A stretch of DNA of 45,469 nt from Proteobacteria bacterium UBA6522 (GTDB lineage Bacteria > Pseudomonadota > Gammaproteobacteria > Steroidobacterales > Rariloculaceae): the NCBI GenBank assembly GCA_002434915.1, contig DJLG01000110.1, positions 1,868 to 47,336 of the forward strand. The letters run 5' to 3'. Position 1 is the first letter of the stretch. Each line of letters starts with the position of its first letter. Below, piece by piece: positions 36,047 to 43,873 of this stretch. The notes under the pieces were generated by a model. It worked only from the letters and a program-made list of their open reading frames with translations, ran no database searches and had not been told where the DNA came from. The translations under genes and the position numbers were made by a program.

Positions 36047-36181
36047 ATTTAAGAATCTTAGCTCAATTGCTGTTGTTAAGTTTTAAATTAAAGGTAGTGA
36101 TAATTACACCTTAATAGCCAGCAGAACGGCTCTATTGCCGATCAGCCAGCCGATTTAACCATTCTTTTATAGAGGGAGTTC

Positions 36182-36712
36182 ATGGTGATCGGCTCTGTCC
36201 TAAACAATAATAATATCCGTCCAGCTAGTGATAGCAGGGTTTGTGAAGCAAATTTCTATGCGCTTCCATTTGTTGCTCAGATGGTCATTTGGGCAGTGCG
36301 AAGGCGTTTGATTGAGGCTCACGAAGAACGGCCATTTTCTCCCGACGTTTTGCCAGTATTTCATATGGCAGGTTGGGCAGATTTATATGAATCGCTGCTA
36401 GTAGTTTCTCAACTGATGATGAAAGATGATGCACCTGGTACTGTCGTTTTACATGATATCGGATGTCATCACATTGCATCACATGAAGCCTATTTGCTTA
36501 ATGCGCTAGCACATATGCAAAATGGTAGGCGTACTGAATCTGCACTATGTCTTTGCGAACATCTATCTCCTTCCAGCGCTAGATTAGCATTATCCGCACT
36601 TGAAAAAATTATAGATAAGACTCGTGCTCAAGCATTTGAATTTGTTTACGTCGATCTGACTACACTCACATCTGATGAGTCTGAGATACCACCAGCAAAG
36701 TTCCTTAATTGA
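36182..36712 (+). CDS. Hypothetical protein (176 aa)
   Basis: There is a GGGAG SD before the ATG. I recognise no family. It contains GCHHIASHE. Confidence 0.5.
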   Translation: MVIGSVLNNNNIRPASDSRVCEANFYALPFVAQMVIWAVRRRLIEAHEERPFSPDVLPVFHMAGWADLYESLLVVSQLMMKDDAPGTVVLHDIGCHHIASHEAYLLNALAHMQNGRRTESALCLCEHLSPSSARLALSALEKIIDKTRAQAFEFVYVDLTTLTSDESEIPPAKFLN

Positions 36713-36720
36713 GATTTGAA

Positions 36721-36984
36721 ATGAAGCCTCTGGCGGCAGAAATAATTCGATATTTATTAGGTTCTTTTTTGCTGGCTTCATTGTTTATGGCTACAGTTTT
36801 TATGACAACGCCAAAGGTACCAGAGAGCTTGTCCACGCTCCAATTGCACTTTCCATTGTTCTTGTTTATTTCAATTGCCACTATTGTGATGTTACCCAAT
36901 GCATGGCGAAGTCTCGTTTACCTAGGAGTTAGTTGTGCTCTCCTTATAGAGTTCGTTTTATATGTCACTGTATTACAGGTTTAA
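36721..36984 (+). CDS. Small hypothetical membrane protein (about 87 aa, 3 TM)
   Basis: It has hydrophobic segments. The ATG lies 9 nt after the preceding stop. The track start (TTG at 36709) is less likely. Confidence 0.4.
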   Translation: MKPLAAEIIRYLLGSFLLASLFMATVFMTTPKVPESLSTLQLHFPLFLFISIATIVMLPNAWRSLVYLGVSCALLIEFVLYVTVLQV

Positions 36985-37046
36985 CAAGTAGATTTAAATT
37001 GTGCAATCTACATTAAAAAATATTTATAGCATTTTTGGAGAAAAAA

Positions 37047-37556
37047 ATGATTGGAATCAAGGAAGAATTTCCAGACTTTTTATTAACTGGAATAGATAAA
37101 AATAATAATTTTATTGATGTATCACGCTCCCACTTAGATGGCTGGTCTGTGATTTATTTTTATCCCAAAGATTTTACTTTTATTTGTCCTACTGAAATAG
37201 AACAGATGGATAGGCTAGTTGATGAGGGTGTGAATGTTTTTGGTATTAGTGGGGACAATGAATATTGCAAATTAGCTTGGAAAGAAAGTAATGCCCTAAT
37301 TTCATCAATACGACATAGTTTGCTGGCAGATTCAGGAATTAGCCTTGCATCACAATTAGGCGTAGTTGATGAAGATGAGGGCGTATGTTTAAGGGCAACA
37401 TTTATTCTTAATGAAAATCATGATGTTATGCATGTTTCTGTTAATGAATTAGACACAGGAAGAAATGTTAATGAAGTCATTAGAACGTTAAGAGCTTTGC
37501 GAGCAGGTGGTTTAACAGGTTGTGAATGGAATCCCGGAGATGAATTTGTTGGATAA
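37047..37556 (+). CDS. Peroxiredoxin (AhpC/TSA family, 2-Cys-like)
   Basis: It has the peroxidatic motif FYPKDFTFICPTE and a C-terminal GCEW. The ATG at 37047 follows TGGAG. Confidence 0.85.
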   Translation: MIGIKEEFPDFLLTGIDKNNNFIDVSRSHLDGWSVIYFYPKDFTFICPTEIEQMDRLVDEGVNVFGISGDNEYCKLAWKESNALISSIRHSLLADSGISLASQLGVVDEDEGVCLRATFILNENHDVMHVSVNELDTGRNVNEVIRTLRALRAGGLTGCEWNPGDEFVG

Positions 37557-37615
37557 CCTTACAACCTCATCTATTTAAGGCTTAAGTTATGTGAAAAATT
37601 GAATTAATTATATAT

Positions 37616-39379
37616 TTAATACTCAAGTGGCATGTTCTGTGCTGGATTAATATTGCCATGAAAACCACCTTGATCTCGGACTACTTGTGACACACCTTCT
37701 TCGTTGTAATGAACCCAGACTAGACCATGAGCATCTCCATTTTGGGGCATATCTATAACCTTAGTGAGTTCCCTGGTTTCTGAATCATAAACAAGTATTC
37801 GACCTTCACCATTACTTGTTGCCCACATTTCTTTGCCATTTGGAGAGAGCAATACGTGATCCATTTCATAAGCTGCAAATAGTGTTGCTAGAAACTCACC
37901 AGTCTCCGTGTCAAGAACTGAAATTGTTCTTCCAAATTCACCCATGTTTTCACCTTTAGAGGCAACCCAGATCTCCGACTCATCAGCTGAAAGGGTTATT
38001 CCGAATGGGCCGCCTCCGGTTCCTCTTGTCCAAACGATTTCTCCTGTTTCAATATTTAACTTTGTGAGTCCAGAAGATCCTGACATTGCGATGTAAATAA
38101 ATTTATTACCAGAGTCAATAACAGCCCACGTTCCTCGATAACCTGGCAGTGGGTATTCTTTTATAACTTCCCAATTATCAGGATCAATTTTTGCTACCCA
38201 GAACGGTCTCATAGCCACCAGTGCACCTCGACGTAAATTACCTGCACCTCGTCCGCCTGTGGCACGACCTGGGCCATAGCCTGCTGGTTCCATTAATGCG
38301 TAGATATGGTTGTGATCTGTCCATACCGTGTAGACCATTCCGCCTAGATCTATATCCTTTATTCCACTTATTACATGGTCTGTTTCTGGATCGTAAAGCA
38401 TTAGACCTAGCCCATCAGGATCTCGAGCAAAGACATCTAATAATAGGTATTTTTCCTGGAAAATCTGTCCATGATGTAAACGTCCTCCAATAGTTATCTG
38501 TTTTACCGGTTGCAGAGTTAAGGCATCTACTTTCAGCATGGTTTGTGATCCACCAGGATCAGGGTTTCCATCAGATCCTGGCTCTCTTGGCCCCACTATG
38601 TAAACGAACTTGCCATCCGGTGACATTGTAGTGCCATGAACTGCATTTCTAAGATTGACTGGTAGCTGGTAGCTAGCAATGATTTCTTTTGTGATTGCAT
38701 CACCAACCACGACTTGGTTTGATTCCGGTGCTACATAACCTTCATGTAAAACTGCGGGCTTACTATTTGTTCCAATATTTTCATAAAAATATGTATGATT
38801 TTTTTGGGGTTTGAATTTTTGGGTTCCAGGATTAAAGGTTGCCACAATACGAGAATCATAGTGGCTTTCTAAATTTCCTTCATTTGCTCGTTGCTCCCAA
38901 CTGGTTATAACTGAGCCAAAAGATTCGATAGCTTCAACAGCTACATCACGCTCTGTTTTACTAAAAACTAGCTCTTGAGCTTGAGTGGTTTTTGCTTGTA
39001 CTAGTGCTTCGCGCCATTGTGCAGGCATTGTATCTTCAAGTGGTAATTCAGCCATAGAGCGCAAGTAGATAGATAGAGCAATCAAATCATCATCATTAAG
39101 GTTTAATTCGGTCATGATGACTGACATTGTTGGATTGCTTTCAAGCTGTTCGAAAATGTCTGTTGGCGTTGGACCAAATTGTAAAGTAGGGCCAACTCTT
39201 CCCTGGGCTGTTTCACCATGGCAGACCCAGCAGCCTACAGGTTCAGCGTGATATAGCATGCGGCCCCGTTCGACTAAATCATCCATAGTGTCCTGAGAGG
39301 AAGCTATATTAAATATAAGTTCAAGCAGAAAAAAAACACTCAAGAATAAAGTGGATGTTATATATACGGGAAACCTCAT
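37616..39379 (-). CDS. Exported cytochrome c domain fused to a YVTN/WD-like beta-propeller
   Basis: An N-terminal signal/anchor is present, and there is a single CXXCH (GCWVCHGE). Repeated propeller-like segments follow: SPDGKFVYIVG, SGNKFIYIAMSG, SADESEIWVASKG, SPNGKEMWATSNG. Confidence 0.7.
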   Translation of the reverse strand: MRFPVYITSTLFLSVFFLLELIFNIASSQDTMDDLVERGRMLYHAEPVGCWVCHGETAQGRVGPTLQFGPTPTDIFEQLESNPTMSVIMTELNLNDDDLIALSIYLRSMAELPLEDTMPAQWREALVQAKTTQAQELVFSKTERDVAVEAIESFGSVITSWEQRANEGNLESHYDSRIVATFNPGTQKFKPQKNHTYFYENIGTNSKPAVLHEGYVAPESNQVVVGDAITKEIIASYQLPVNLRNAVHGTTMSPDGKFVYIVGPREPGSDGNPDPGGSQTMLKVDALTLQPVKQITIGGRLHHGQIFQEKYLLLDVFARDPDGLGLMLYDPETDHVISGIKDIDLGGMVYTVWTDHNHIYALMEPAGYGPGRATGGRGAGNLRRGALVAMRPFWVAKIDPDNWEVIKEYPLPGYRGTWAVIDSGNKFIYIAMSGSSGLTKLNIETGEIVWTRGTGGGPFGITLSADESEIWVASKGENMGEFGRTISVLDTETGEFLATLFAAYEMDHVLLSPNGKEMWATSNGEGRILVYDSETRELTKVIDMPQNGDAHGLVWVHYNEEGVSQVVRDQGGFHGNINPAQNMPLEY

Positions 39380-39539
39380 AAACCGCCATCCTTTTTCACA
39401 AATATTTATCTAATCTTAACGCGTTACTTCTTTATAATCAGTCATTGTCGAGGTCTAACTAGCCTATTATTATTAATAGCTAACTGTTTAAATTTATTAT
39501 AAATAGGCCTCAAAGTTTTTTATATCTGACAATATTATT

Positions 39540-40604
39540 TTGAAAAGCACAGTGACCTTGGATTTTACCCTTGCATCTAAGCAGTATGAAATTAACTCTG
39601 AAGAGGAGGCTCAGGATTACTTTCATGCTAGAGGACTAACCGATGGATTACCTATAGTTCCACCAACTAGTGAAAAAGTCATAGCATGTTTGCATCAATC
39701 GGGTATGGTTCCGACTCATGTATTAGGCGTAGAGCCGGTACGTGGACGTGTAATTACCGCTGAGAAGACCGCAATCAATGCGGTACTTGCTGGATGCCAA
39801 CCACTCCATTTCCCAGTCGTAGCAGCAGCAGTTGAAGCGATGTGTCATCCCGAGTTTCTTCTTCATGGGGCTACCTGTAGCACTGGTGGATGCGCTATCT
39901 TCATGGTCGTAAATGGCCCCATAGTTCAGGAGTTAGGGATGGGGGCAACATTTAATGCTTTAGCAAATAGTGACCGAGCCTCTGCTGTTATTGGGCGTTC
40001 AATTCGTTTAATTCTTAATAATATTTTAGATGTAAAGCCTGGTGGCCTTGACCGATCAACATTGGGTCATCCAGGGAAATTTAGTTATTGTTTGGCGGAA
40101 GATGAGAATGGAACTGATTGGATTCCTCTTGCACAGCAGCGTGGTGCTCCAACAGATATATCAACTGTTACAGTTTTTGCAGCTGGATCTCCTAGGCAAA
40201 TAATGAATGAATGGACGACAGTACCAGAGGAGATTTTAGAAACATTTGCTGCTGAGATTAAAGCAAATATGTTGCACTATTCAGTATGGGGTGGAAATTA
40301 TGTGATTGTTTTGCCAAAACAGTTGCGTAGTAGGCTTGAGGAGGCAAACTGGAGTAAGTCGGATGTACAGAGGTTTATTTTTGAACATGCCCGCGTAAAA
40401 AAACATGATTGGATTAAGGTAGGAAAAAAATCTCTTATTACGGACAATAAAGATAAAGAATTTTCTGCTCTGACTAATCCAGAAGATTTGCTTGTTATTG
40501 CAGCTGGTGGTCCTGCCGGAGGATTTGGTGCTGTTATACCACCTTGGTTTGGTCATAAGTCCCGGGCCGTAACTATGGGTATTGGCGTTTGTTTTGATTG
40601 TTAA
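39540..40604 (+). CDS. Hypothetical 354-aa protein upstream of the UGSC selenoprotein gene; C-terminus ends in CFDC
   Basis: It is a long ORF with coding-like composition. I recognise no family. The TTG start lacks a clear SD, so the start is uncertain. Confidence 0.55.
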   Translation: MKSTVTLDFTLASKQYEINSEEEAQDYFHARGLTDGLPIVPPTSEKVIACLHQSGMVPTHVLGVEPVRGRVITAEKTAINAVLAGCQPLHFPVVAAAVEAMCHPEFLLHGATCSTGGCAIFMVVNGPIVQELGMGATFNALANSDRASAVIGRSIRLILNNILDVKPGGLDRSTLGHPGKFSYCLAEDENGTDWIPLAQQRGAPTDISTVTVFAAGSPRQIMNEWTTVPEEILETFAAEIKANMLHYSVWGGNYVIVLPKQLRSRLEEANWSKSDVQRFIFEHARVKKHDWIKVGKKSLITDNKDKEFSALTNPEDLLVIAAGGPAGGFGAVIPPWFGHKSRAVTMGIGVCFDC

Positions 40605-40624
40605 TTAACGGTGAATTTTTGAAA

Positions 40625-41143
40625 ATGTTTATCTTAGACCCTACTGCTGAAGTTGACCTGAAGCCCATCTCCTCGGCCCCTCGTCTTAAGTCCCCAGATA
40701 AAAAAATCATTGGTCTTCTTTCGAATGGCAAAGCAGCCGTATCCCCATTCTTTAATTATCTAGAAAAAATGCTAGGAAAGAACTGGAATGCTAAAACCAT
40801 TCTTCGCTATACAAAGATTAATTATAGTGCTCCAGCTGATCCTGACCTGATTCGGGAACTAAGTAGATGCCATATGATTGTGACTGGTATCGGCGACTGA
40901 GGAAGTTGTTCATCATGCAGTTTGCATGACGCTATTACTTTAGAAAAGGTTGGTATTCCAACAGTAGCTATTATGACTTCGGAATTTGTGGATTCAGCAA
41001 AGATAATGGCTAAGTATTGTGGGATTTCTGATTATGCTTTTGCAATAGTAGATCATCCAATAAGTAGTGCTAGTGATGGTGAATTAGAAGCAAAGGCTAG
41101 GGAAGTTTTAGTTCAAGCTAAAGATCTATTATTCCAACCGTAG
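40625..41143 (+). CDS. Probable UGSC-family selenoprotein (in-frame TGA at 40898-40900 read as Sec)
   Basis: Track ORFs 40598..40900 and 40922..41143 share a frame and are separated only by the TGA. Read-through gives ...MIVTGIGD-U-GSCSSCSLHDAITLEKVGIPTV... The downstream piece has no ATG or SD. A hairpin follows the TGA. An alternative start is the TTG at 40598. Confidence 0.65.
40913..40929 (+). promoter_or_regulatory. Candidate bacterial SECIS hairpin
   Basis: The sequence is t-catgca-gtt-tgcatg-a, giving a 6-7 bp perfect stem. The G/U-containing apical loop lies about 20 nt 3' of the TGA. A possible lower stem pairs aagt (40903-06) with actt (40937-40). Confidence 0.35.
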
Positions 41144-41209
41144 CTTTTTATAATTACTTGTTTTTTAGTAAGAATACAATATATATAAAGTGCTATATAT
41201 TTCATCTTG

Positions 41210-42502
41210 TTAGCCCGTGAATTGTCTATCAGGTCTAAGTCGAGCCGCTAAAATTGCACCTATTAGCAGTAAAAGTATTGAACCAATAAATGGCATTACC
41301 CAGCTGCCAGTAAGATCAACAAAATAACCAAAGCTAGCGGGCGACACAAGCCCTGCAAGACCGAACCCAAAGTTCATCATTCCACTAGCTGAGCCTGCAT
41401 AACGGGGTGCTATATCCATTGGAACAGCCCATATCGGAGCCACAATAAGTTCGGCAAAAAAGAAAGCTAACGAAAGACATATTGCTGAGACTGTTAGGTC
41501 AGGGATCAATATAACAGGAATTAAAAAAAGAGCTGCACCTGAAAAACCTAGAACAAGAACTGAGCGTCTGGCAATTAAAAGACTGCCTGTGCGCCGCAAT
41601 ATTGAGTCGCTTAATATTCCTCCTAAAGTATCCCCAATAACGCCAGCAAATAGTACTCCAGCTGAAAATAAAGCTGTATCTCTCAGATTGAGTCCATAGT
41701 TTTCAAAAAAGAAAGTTGGAATCCAGCTCAAAAATAACCATAGGGTCCAGCCATAGCAAAAGTCCACCATCGTTACTGGTAAAATATGGCGTGCTAATCG
41801 TAGATAAGGAACTTTACGTTTAGTTTTTTCCTTTACTGCAGGTTTTGGAAGCCTCGCTAGATCTCCAGCACTAATAGATTTATGGGTCTTTGGGTCATCA
41901 CGAAAATAGAAAAGCCATGCAAGTGACCATAGAAAAGTAATAGATCCAAGTAATATAAAAGAGGTTCGCCATGAAGCGAATATGAGAATACCTGCTACAA
42001 GCGGGGGAGTTATCGCATTTCCAATTCGTGCACATGAATGTGTGATGCCTTGTGCAAATCCCCATTTTTCCGCAGGTGTCCAGGTGGACATTGCTCGAGT
42101 TGCAGTTGGAAAAGCTGGACCTTCACCAAAACCTAAGGCAATCCGAGCGGCAATCAGCGATATGAAACCACCTGTTAGTCCTGTAAGTACTGTTGAAATT
42201 GCTGCGATTACACAACAGGTTGCAAGCACCAAACGTGCACCAAAACGATCTGCAAGCCATCCACCAAAGAGTTGAAAAAAAGCATAGGGAATTGAAAAGG
42301 CTGAAAAAACCATACCCATTTGTGTATTGCTAAGCCCAAGATCGGCTCGAATTAGGGGAGCTAATATTCCGATATTAACTCGATCAATATAAAGGAGTAA
42401 GTATAGGAGACAAAGAAGAATGAGAACGTTTCGAGGCGTCTTTGTCGGTAGGGGCGATTGGGAATTCTTCCCAGTATTCATGGTAGCAAACGGTTTATTC
42501 AT
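41210..42502 (-). CDS. MFS transporter, anion:cation symporter (ACS) type
   Basis: It contains LLYIDRVNIGILAPLIRADLGLSNTQMGMVFSAFSIPYAFFQLFGGWLADRFGAR. An ATGA overlap joins it to the upstream TauD-like gene. Confidence 0.85.
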   Translation of the reverse strand: MNKPFATMNTGKNSQSPLPTKTPRNVLILLCLLYLLLYIDRVNIGILAPLIRADLGLSNTQMGMVFSAFSIPYAFFQLFGGWLADRFGARLVLATCCVIAAISTVLTGLTGGFISLIAARIALGFGEGPAFPTATRAMSTWTPAEKWGFAQGITHSCARIGNAITPPLVAGILIFASWRTSFILLGSITFLWSLAWLFYFRDDPKTHKSISAGDLARLPKPAVKEKTKRKVPYLRLARHILPVTMVDFCYGWTLWLFLSWIPTFFFENYGLNLRDTALFSAGVLFAGVIGDTLGGILSDSILRRTGSLLIARRSVLVLGFSGAALFLIPVILIPDLTVSAICLSLAFFFAELIVAPIWAVPMDIAPRYAGSASGMMNFGFGLAGLVSPASFGYFVDLTGSWVMPFIGSILLLLIGAILAARLRPDRQFTG

Positions 42503-43359
42503 GCAGAAGGTCGAGTCTGACCTTTTATTTGTGTGCGATGTAAAACCCGCCTAGTTTCTGGATTAAAAGAATCACGTTTGTGCATGGTGCAGCGGTTATC
42601 CCAAAGGACCACATCCCCAACCATCCACTTATGCCCCCAGGCTATTTCTTCATGAGTTGCATAAGACCAGATTTCATCTAGTAACTTATCGGATTCATCT
42701 AGCGTCAATCCTTCGATATAAGCATTACGTCTGCGACCAAGATAAAGGACTGGCCGATTCGTTTCCGGATGACTACAAATCAGTGGGTGATAAACTCCTT
42801 CTGAGGTTACAGGGTCATCTATTGCTTCTACACCTTCACGAAGGTAACCGCCGCTATTGTAAGTTCCATCATGTTTTAGTCTTAATCCATTAATTCGTGT
42901 TTGAAGAGAGTTTGGAAGCAACTCAAGGGCCTTATACATATTACAGAAATATGTTTTACCCCCTACAGGAGGTATTTCAAGTGCATATACCATACTAGCT
43001 TTGGGAGGTTCTTCTAGATAGGACATATCGGTATGCCAAACAGCCTCCCCAGCACCAAGACTTCCGATTGGCTGACCATTTTCAATAACATTTGAGATAA
43101 CATAGATCTCTGGATAGCCTTTAACAAAGCGTCTTCCTGTTTCCTGTACAGGAGCAAAGTCTAACGTTCCTAGCCGTTTGCTAAAGTTTATTAAATCTTG
43201 GTCTGTGAGCTCTTGGCCTCTCAGAAGAATAACGCAGTTATCAAGCCATGCGAGATGAATAGCTTCAAACTCAGAATCGCTTATATTGGCAAGGTTTATG
43301 CCACATATCTCAGCGCCAAGCGGTCCATTTATTGGTGTAATTTTAAGATTTGTTGCCAT
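42499..43359 (-). CDS. TauD/TfdA-family Fe(II)/2-oxoglutarate dioxygenase (second copy)
   Basis: Motifs present: WHTDMSYLEEPPKASMVYALEIP, GGKTYFCNM and WDNRCTMHKRD. Confidence 0.85.
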   Translation of the reverse strand: MATNLKITPINGPLGAEICGINLANISDSEFEAIHLAWLDNCVILLRGQELTDQDLINFSKRLGTLDFAPVQETGRRFVKGYPEIYVISNVIENGQPIGSLGAGEAVWHTDMSYLEEPPKASMVYALEIPPVGGKTYFCNMYKALELLPNSLQTRINGLRLKHDGTYNSGGYLREGVEAIDDPVTSEGVYHPLICSHPETNRPVLYLGRRRNAYIEGLTLDESDKLLDEIWSYATHEEIAWGHKWMVGDVVLWDNRCTMHKRDSFNPETRRVLHRTQIKGQTRPSA

Positions 43360-43474
43360 AGTAATTATTGTTTTTTGAAGCTATTACGACTTTATCAGTT
43401 TATCAGAAAGTCTATACCGTCCACAGAACGCTAACAGATAACCTTTGACCTATTAGCTCTATGATACAAGTAGT

Positions 43475-43867
43475 TTAATTTGGTGAATTAGAAAATAGTG
43501 GTCTGCCATCGGGAAGCGTTGCTGCAGAAAGACTTGCGGTAGGAGTATTATTACGAGCTTGCCAACCTTGAATTTGTAGAATCGTTCCTACTGGTAGGTC
43601 TCCAGGACGCCAACCGAGGCGAATCAAATTATTAGCTGCTCGGGTTTCCAATGCCCAGTTAATAATTTCCCCATTGGAATTTTCAACATCAACATAGATC
43701 CATGCATGAGGATTTGCCCATTTCATTTCAGTCACAGTTCCCGTAAAACTAATAGGCTTATCTCTATCAAACTCAGCGGCAAACGCATGATGAGAAAACG
43801 CGTTATTAGTAAAACTAGTCAGAGAAAAGGTAAGAAGCAAGGTTGTTGTCTTAAAAAAACTAATCAT
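43475..43867 (-). CDS. Small exported protein, 'S-type' paralog 5
   Basis: The signal peptide ends AFS|HH, followed by AFAAEFD, WANPH and DVENSNGEIINWALE. It starts 6 nt after the L-L gene stop. Confidence 0.75.
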   Translation of the reverse strand: MISFFKTTTLLLTFSLTSFTNNAFSHHAFAAEFDRDKPISFTGTVTEMKWANPHAWIYVDVENSNGEIINWALETRAANNLIRLGWRPGDLPVGTILQIQGWQARNNTPTASLSAATLPDGRPLFSNSPN

Positions 43868-43873
43868 TTTCTT

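Noticed and set aside
36985-37034. A gtagat...atctac inverted repeat between the small membrane ORF and the peroxiredoxin, considered as a terminator.
   Set aside because: The stem is 6 bp with a 12-nt loop and no T-tract. It is too weak to call.
37616-39379. Calling the cytochrome c/propeller fusion a cd1 nitrite reductase (NirS).
   Set aside because: Only the domain architecture and length agree. I see no NirS-like sequence motifs and no nir accessory genes nearby.
40898-40900. The TGA as a genuine stop, giving two small genes, or as a pseudogene-disrupting nonsense mutation.
   Set aside because: This reading is less likely. The downstream piece has no ATG or SD, the frame is preserved, the TGA sits exactly in a U/C-G-S-C redox motif, and a hairpin follows. 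It cannot be excluded without Sec-machinery or homolog evidence.
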